Shown: positions 48,424 through 54,952 of the stretch, one piece after another | Layout of the letters: each line of letters starts with the position of its first letter | How positions within the stretch are numbered: position 1 is the stretch's first letter | Made by a program: the position numbers and the translations under genes | The notes under the pieces: generated by a model | Told to the model about the DNA's origin: nothing | The model's database searches: none | Seen by the model: the letters and a program-made list of their open reading frames with translations, nothing else | Origin: Podarcis bocagei | Lineage: Eukaryota | Assembly: GCA_964188305.1 (NCBI GenBank) | Contig: OZ076896.1 | Direction: 5' to 3' (one strand) | DNA: 54,952 bases

Positions 48424-49482
48424 ATGAGTGGCGCAGCAAAAACAAGGGCTGGAAAGAAAGCAAAACAAACTGAACTTTTGCAAACAACTTTGCCTGTGCA
48501 GCTACGTAGATCGTCTGTTCCAATTGTGACAGGTCTGCAAGAAGGACAACCTATACAGCCACCTCTTGGGGAGATGGCTGCTGGAGGGTTAGATCCTGTC
48601 TCCAAAGAAATATTGGACCAACTGGCAGCATTGAATAAGAAAGCTGATGAACAGGCAGCTAGATTTGATGAACAAGCTGCTAAATTTGACCAGGTGACAG
48701 CTTCAATCAATAAATTGACAGACCAAGTCACGAAGAATACACAGGCAATAGGTAATATTGAAAAGACTACAACAGAAAATCGAAAACTAGTCGAGGAAGT
48801 CAATACAAAAGCAGACGAAAATAAAAAGAGGATAGAGGAATTAAGAGGAGAGGTAAGACCACTGAGTAGACAGGTTACTGAACAGCAAGCGTACCTGTCC
48901 CTGGCAGAACTGAAAAACAGGGAAAGCAATCTGAGGCTTAGAAATATTCCAGAACTAGAAAAAGAGGACTTGATTAGCTTCTTGACAACAGAAATATCCA
49001 AGTTCTGGGGATTGGCAGAAGAGAAGGACTTTAAGATCGTCACCGCCTTCAGATTAGGAAGAGTGGTCAAGAAGGATAAACCAAGAGATTGCCTGGTCAT
49101 TTTGAGATCTAAGCAAGAAAAGGATAACATACTCGGCCTGCACTTTAAAAATTCATTGGTGATACAGGGAAAGACGGCAGAAATCTTCAGAGACATACCA
49201 AAACAACTACTGGAGTTAAGAGCTACATATAAAGACCTAGCAAGCTTATTGAGAAACAACACAATCCCTTATAGGTGGGAATTCCCTCAAGGACTATCCT
49301 TTACCTTGAAAGGAAGGAAGGTAAGAATTAGAACAGCAGAGGAGCAAGAAAAGTTCCTAAACGACCACGGGGAGGACCTTCGGAAAGGAGTAGCAGGAGC
49401 CTGGCCACCTCCTTCGTTTGGCCTCAACCCGGTTCCACCTCCAGATACAGAAGACAAAGGAGACACTCCCACTGACAAATAA
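48424..49482 (+). CDS. ORF1: L1 ORF1p (coiled coil, RRM, CTD), intact 352 aa, inside the inverted segment
   Basis: Heptad-rich coiled coil, RESNLRLRNIPE, KPRDCLV, IFRDIP, YRWEFP; ends 11 nt before the ORF2 ATG. Confidence 0.92.
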   Translation: MSGAAKTRAGKKAKQTELLQTTLPVQLRRSSVPIVTGLQEGQPIQPPLGEMAAGGLDPVSKEILDQLAALNKKADEQAARFDEQAAKFDQVTASINKLTDQVTKNTQAIGNIEKTTTENRKLVEEVNTKADENKKRIEELRGEVRPLSRQVTEQQAYLSLAELKNRESNLRLRNIPELEKEDLISFLTTEISKFWGLAEEKDFKIVTAFRLGRVVKKDKPRDCLVILRSKQEKDNILGLHFKNSLVIQGKTAEIFRDIPKQLLELRATYKDLASLLRNNTIPYRWEFPQGLSFTLKGRKVRIRTAEEQEKFLNDHGEDLRKGVAGAWPPPSFGLNPVPPPDTEDKGDTPTDK

Positions 49483-49493
49483 ATTGATCCAGG

Positions 49494-51480
49494 ATGTCTC
49501 TGCAGCTTCTTAGTTGGAATATTCATGGCGCAAACTCTCCCGAGAAAAGGAAAAAAATCTTTCATATATTGAGAAAAGAACAATTGGACGTCATTTGCCT
49601 TCAAGAAACACATGTGACTAGGCTCCACAGGAGAGTGCTAATTAATAAGAGACTAGGCCAAGAATTTATTTCATCAGACAAGGTAAAAAAAAGAGGAGTA
49701 GTGATCTACGCAAAGGAGAGCCTAGTACCAAAATTGGTGTTTAAAGATGAACAAGGAAGAATTTTGGCGATTGAAATACAATCACAAGGAGAAAATTTTT
49801 TGATAGTTGGAATATATGCACCAAACGATGGGAAATCAGAATTCTATAAGAGGCTGCATGAGATAATGCTGGACCACATTGACTATACTAACATCATCTT
49901 GATGGGAGATATGAATGGGGTAGTCTCCACTTACATGGATAAGTCACAAAACCAAAATTTGAACAAGGACGGCAGACTTCCAAAGACTTTTTTTGAACTG
50001 ACAGACAATATGGATTTGATTGATATTTGGAGGACAAAGAACCCTCTAGGTAAGGAGGGAACATTCTTTTCTGAGGCCCACCTATCTTGGACAAGAATCG
50101 ACCAAATCTGGACATCTAGAGGACTGGCACCTAAGACAAAAAAAATAGAGATCTGCCCCAAAACTTGTTCCGACCATAACGCTTTGAAAATGGACTTGAG
50201 ACTCACACCAGCCGGATCCTTCAGATGGAGAATGAATGACCACTTGTTTAGAGATCAGGAGATCGTGAAGAAGGCCCAAAAAATGTTGAAAGACTATTTT
50301 GAAATAAATTTGAATACTTCGGTGGAAAAGAAAATAATCTGGGACGCGAGCAAAGCTGTTATGAGAGGGTTCCTGATACAACAGAACACTATTAAGAAGA
50401 AACTCTGGAATGGTAAAAAGGACAAGATTTTGGACAAAATAAGAGATGGAGAGAAAAAGCTGAGACTAAATCCAAAATCAAAAGAAGTCTTAAGAGAAAT
50501 AAAATTCTATCAAACACAATATACGAAATTGATAAATCAAGAAATTGAATGGAAAATTAAACAGATGAAACAAAGATCATTTGAATCGGCAAACAAATGT
50601 GGGAAGCTGCTGGCATGGCAGCTGAAAAAGAGACAAAAATTGAACTTTGTTACCAATCTGGAGGTTGAAGGAGAGTGTATTCAGAAACCAGAAGAAATTA
50701 GAAAGTGTTTCCAGAGATATTTTAAAAAACTCTATACCCAAGGACCCCAAGCAGAGACTGAAATAAATAATTTTTTAAAAAGTCATGGCCTGCAAAAGTT
50801 AACACAAGACAAACAAACAGCCCTGAACTATAAAATAACACAACAGGAAATTGAAAGTGCCATTCAGAACATGCAAATAGGCAAATCCCCAGGCCCAGAT
50901 GGACTTACCTCCAAATATTATAAGAAGGAATATCTGATACAGCCACTAATGGAGGTATGCAATCAGATTTTGGAAGGGAAGGGGGCACCAGAATCGTGGA
51001 AAGAGGCATTCATTACTTTGATACCAAAATTGGAATCTGAAAAGACTCAACTTAAGAATTATCGTCCCATCTCACTCCTAAATGTGGATTACAAAATTTT
51101 TGCTGATATTTTAGCAAACAGACTGAAAAAAGTTTTGAATGAAGTAATTCATAAGGACCAAGCAGGCTTTCTCCCTGGTAGGCATTTGTCTGATAACACT
51201 AGGAATATTATTGATGTTTTGGAGCTACTACAGACAAATATGAATACGAAAGCAGCCTTGATTTTCATAGACGCGGAGAAGGCCTTCGACAATATATCTT
51301 GGAAATTTATGAAGAAAAATTTGGAAGGGATGGGAGTGGGAAGGGCGTTTCAAAATGGTATCGAAGCAATTTATTCAGAACAAAAGGCTAAATTGATAGT
51401 AAACAGTGTGGTGACAGAGGAGTTTAAAATTGAAAAAGGGACACGACAGGGGTGCCCCCTATCACCCTTGTTATTTATCT
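49494..51480 (+). pseudogene. ORF2: L1 ORF2 N-terminal half (APE endonuclease and first RT motifs), broken by the inversion; reading frame runs on to 51581 in antisense 5'UTR
   Basis: SWNIHG, CLQETH, IYAPN, GDMN, TRID, SDH; KSPGPDG, YRPISLLN, DAEKAFD, GTRQGCPLSPLLF. Confidence 0.96.
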
Positions 51481-51935
51481 TTTCCGCTTTAGAAAAGTCT
51501 TTGCTCGATACTTTAAACAGAGCCGGAAGACTGACTTCCTTTTTAGCGTCTCCCGCTTTCAGCCAAATTTCGCCAAATTAGGTTCAAATAAAGCCTCAGG
51601 TTTCTTACTCACGAGTAAGTTGTTTCAGTTCAGTTGTTCAAGGAAGAAAGGTCAGCGCTGATCAGCAGCAGCCGCGCGGCTTCGCTTCCGCGGAAAGAGC
51701 GATGGATTCACAGCACCGCTACCCCCTCCACGTTCCGATACCCCTTACGGGGTCTCTTCTGCGTTTCCGAGGTCGCTTCTGGTGCCCGCCGAACCCCATG
51801 GCCACGGGCTCGCTCTACCCGTGGTTTCTCTAAGTGGGTCGTCGCTGTGCCGCAGCGCACGACCCTTTTCCGCGGAGCCCCTCTTCAGCAACTGAAGAGG
51901 ACCGCCATTGCTGAACGCGCCGCCTCCGGAAGTCC
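51481..51935 (-). promoter_or_regulatory. L1 proximal 5'UTR / internal promoter, CpG-rich
   Basis: Begins GGACTTCCGG (ETS-type CCGGAAGT) followed by AATGGCGG (YY1-like); high CpG density at 51660-51930; abuts the TSD. Confidence 0.8.
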
Positions 51936-52674
51936 AGATTTTCACAATATAGATGCCAAGTGGAGGCCGCTCAAAACTACCTCTGTATCACAATGGCCGA
52001 TCCATGTGGTAAGCCCTTTTATGTACATGATTGCTACATTCCCTCCAACACCCCAAAATCGGGACATGGGTTTCCCCCCACATGCTTCCATGCAAGTCAC
52101 ATGACCTACACAAGATCACGGAGCTCAAAAGACACACTTTTTCAGGGCTGGACCCTAAAACACATTTGGGGGGGGCACCACGTGAGATTGTGCCCCCCAA
52201 GTGCTTTTTTCAGGATGAGATCTTGCCATGCAATCACAAAATTGCAGTACCCCAAATGGCTGCCATGCTCTCATGCAAGAAAATATTATTTCATGGGACA
52301 CTTGTATTATATGTGGCTCGGTGGTTTTCCTTCAACGGTTTCCACCTCTCACCAGAGTGCTGTTGGCTCAACAGGCGCAGCACATCCATTTTTATTATTA
52401 TTTCCATTTAGACACCACTTACTATCAGAAGATCTCGAAACAGTTTACAACAGATAAACACTATGCACACATGATGATAAAAACCATGCCTAGTGACTTG
52501 CATAGTAGAACAGATGCAAAAACAATAAGCAATATCAATAAAACCAGAGAACATTAATAAGGCAGCATAGCAATATAACTTGTACAACTGTCTGACTCAG
52601 CATTGCACATGATCACTACAATCATTCACTACTTCAAACAATTTGTTGACCAGCTATTCAAACATAAGCCACTG

Positions 52675-52850
52675 CAGCTAGATTCCAACTAAATCTTAGG
52701 AAGAACTTTCTGATGGAAAGAGCAGCTGGTGAGTGGAACAAGCTCCCTTGGAAGGAGGTGGAATCCCCTTCATTGGAGGTTTTTAAACAGAGATTGGATG
52801 TCCATCTCTCTGAGATGGGGATATCTCCCAACTCTACCATTCTATGATTC
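52675..52850 (+). mobile_element. CR1 LINE 3' end
   Basis: AGGAAGAACTTTCTGA...TGGAACAAGCTCCC...TCCCCTTCATTGGAGGTTTTTAA; terminal ATTCTATGATTC. Confidence 0.88.
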
Positions 52851-54278
52851 CACAAACTCACATACAAAGGACCACTGCCAAGTCTGCATGCATAAAACAC
52901 TCTCCATTTCTGAAGCACTTATGGCTTCATGCATCACACCCACTGCTGTACTCCACTTTCATCTCTTACAGAGATGGACCCAGTTTTATACCTGAACAGA
53001 CTCTCACCCTGCGGGGTATAAACCTACTTTCACCCACTTGCTCCCAACTACGTAACTGTAACGTGCATTTGTCACCGAGGAAACTAATGGGAGGGATTAC
53101 TTCTCAGAAACCAAGCTCCCGATCTGCCCTTCCACAAACATGTATTACTGAACTTCAGACAGCAAAGGGTTCAAACTACCCCAGTCCTCTTTTTCTAAAA
53201 TGTTTGCTTAAAGGTAAAAAAAAGCTTTAAGCAGTGACATGGAAACCAGGGCAAATGTTGTGTGTGCTACCAAAGCAGCCAAGTGCCAAAGTGCTACCAA
53301 ACGCTTGGGTTTTGAAAACATATGAAAATGTAGTTCCCAGGGTTTTCAGACTTTACAAGGGACATCAGTAGGCTTGTGAACTATAATTCACAAGGTGGCT
53401 GACACTACAGTAGTGTTCTAGTGGTTCAGGATGATGACCATGCCATTATGGTTTTGTAATGTGAAGCACCATCAGGAAAGATTTTAGGAAAGGAAAGTGA
53501 GGTGGGATTAGTTTGGGGATTATGGGGGTATTGGGGAAGTCACCCAGCCCATGTTGCACTCATCCTGTAGCACCAAGCTTCAGAAGAAGTTTGGTAATAA
53601 AAATAAATATTTTTTTGTGATCTGAGGGACGGGGTGGGAATGCACTGTCTTACTTGAGAGTAAATTGAATTTTGGGGCAGGTACTCCTCAGGTTATGAAG
53701 CAGTTTTTGATTTTGGTTTTTTTTTTTAGTAATATACTAGATCTTCCTTCCCCAATAACCCACCTCTCTATACATATAAAAAGACATAAATGTGGTCATG
53801 ACTACCACCAAATTTCACAAAAGAGAAAAGAATATATCTATATTTGCTGTAGCTTTACATCTATATCCATCACTATTTGCCAAGCATTTTTTCTTGCTAC
53901 ATTAAGATACTAATGACTTTAATGCAAAATTGAACAGCTTAATGGTCTGAACATATTTAATGAAACCATTCTAATTGGAACTTTCAGAGAGGCTACACTG
54001 CCTATCTACACTGGCAACCTGAGTGGAACAACAGAACAGTAATAGGAGTACTTTAAAAATAAAGTTATCCACCCCCTCCACTTCTCCATTTCTCTACCAA
54101 TCTGCCTATTCATTAATTCTTGGACCACACTATCCACATCTGTTGAGTATGTGCATAGTACCATTTAAAATTGACAAGGAAGGAGAAATTTAACTTAAAC
54201 AGGTGATCTATATTGAAATGATGTTTCCTAGCGCCTATGTGGTGCTCATCAAGAGAGAAAGACCCACAACACTCAACT

Positions 54279-54665
54279 TCAACTTCTTCTTCTTCTTCTT
54301 CCTCCTCCTCCTCCTCCTCCTCCTCCTCCTCCTCCTCCCCCTCTTCTTCTGTGATCACTCATAGCCAAGTAAGATTCCCTTCCATGAACATGGTCTTAAC
54401 CGTGTGTCCATAGGTGACTGTGTAGGCCAATTCTGGATTCACATGTCCTTCCACAGTGGGGACATAGGTTTCTGGGCAGGAGTTGATCATGGTGAGGGTT
54501 TGCCAAACGTGCCTTCCTCTTAGCACATTTTTCCCTTTCGTCCTGAGTTCGAGCATCTTCAAAGTCCATGACACCTTTGGAAAAGGCTGTTCTCCAATTG
54601 GAACACACACAGGCCAGTGTTTCCAAATTGCCAGTGTTTATACTACATTTTTTTAAAAAAGATTT
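54279..54665 (-). mobile_element. RTE-clade LINE 3' fragment with C2H2 finger and (GAA/GAG)n tail
   Basis: NWRTAFSKGVMDFE...KRKAR...CPHCGRTCESRIGLHSHLWTH; purine triplet tail at 54279-54349. Confidence 0.85.
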
Positions 54666-54952
54666 GCCTTCAGAGAGTTTTTGTGGGTGCCTTTGTGGGG
54701 AATTTTGTGGGTGCTCAGACACCCAGGGCCCCAGGGAGCCGGCATCTATGTTGCCCTAGGACCTGTTGTTGTAGTGTGAGTAAATAATAATTATAATAAT
54801 ATATTTCTAGGCATTCTATTGAAACATATTAATATCCCTCCATGTGCAGGTACTGTACTGTTTGCATGTTGAAAGCATGATCTCTGTTCTGTTCAGCCTC
54901 ACTGATACACCATTTTTTTAAAAAAAGAAGAAGACAGAGAACAATGTATTCA

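Larger units (their letters stand above)
45947..51935 (-). mobile_element. Full-length L1 LINE (~5.99 kb) with an internal ~3.45 kb inversion
   Basis: TSD (C)AGATTTTCACAATATA at 45930-45946 and 51935-51951; 5' end on - (51935-51481), 5'UTR remainder/ORF1/ORF2-N on + (48025-51480), ORF2-C, 3'UTR and A tail on - (48024-45947). Confidence 0.95.

Noticed and set aside
48234-49262. 342-aa antisense ORF overlapping ORF1
   Set aside because: Ser/Leu/Phe-rich shadow of an A-rich coding strand with no recognisable domain; treated as non-coding, although after the inversion it lies on the L1 promoter strand
51634-52557. Cluster of 100-165 aa ORFs
   Set aside because: Arise from the GC-rich L1 5'UTR read antisense and from adjacent degraded repeats; no protein motifs
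1-54952. CRISPR arrays, operons, rRNA or prokaryotic defence systems
   Set aside because: Eukaryotic repeat-rich DNA; no repeat-spacer arrays or rRNA similarity seen

Overview
Non-bacterial, AT-rich vertebrate genomic DNA, almost certainly a squamate and probably a lacertid lizard (Sauria/Squam1 SINEs, Squam2- and Squam3-like SINEs, Bov-B). No host protein-coding gene is recognisable, so the window looks intergenic or deep-intronic. It is a mosaic of LINEs (L1, L2, CR1, Bov-B/RTE), SINEs, solo LTRs, hAT and Tc1/mariner MITEs, microsatellites and TE-free islands that may be conserved non-coding elements. The dominant feature is a ~6.0 kb full-length L1 (45947-51935, - strand, 16-17 bp TSD). 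Its central ~3.45 kb (distal 5'UTR, ORF1, EN and first half of RT) is inverted, while the true 5' end and the 3' half keep the original orientation. A second notable signal is a GGAAGTC(C) motif kept in the 3'UTRs of several divergent L1 copies; it is the exact reverse complement of the first 8 nt of the full-length L1. Repeat family names come from motif recognition and recall, not from database searches.
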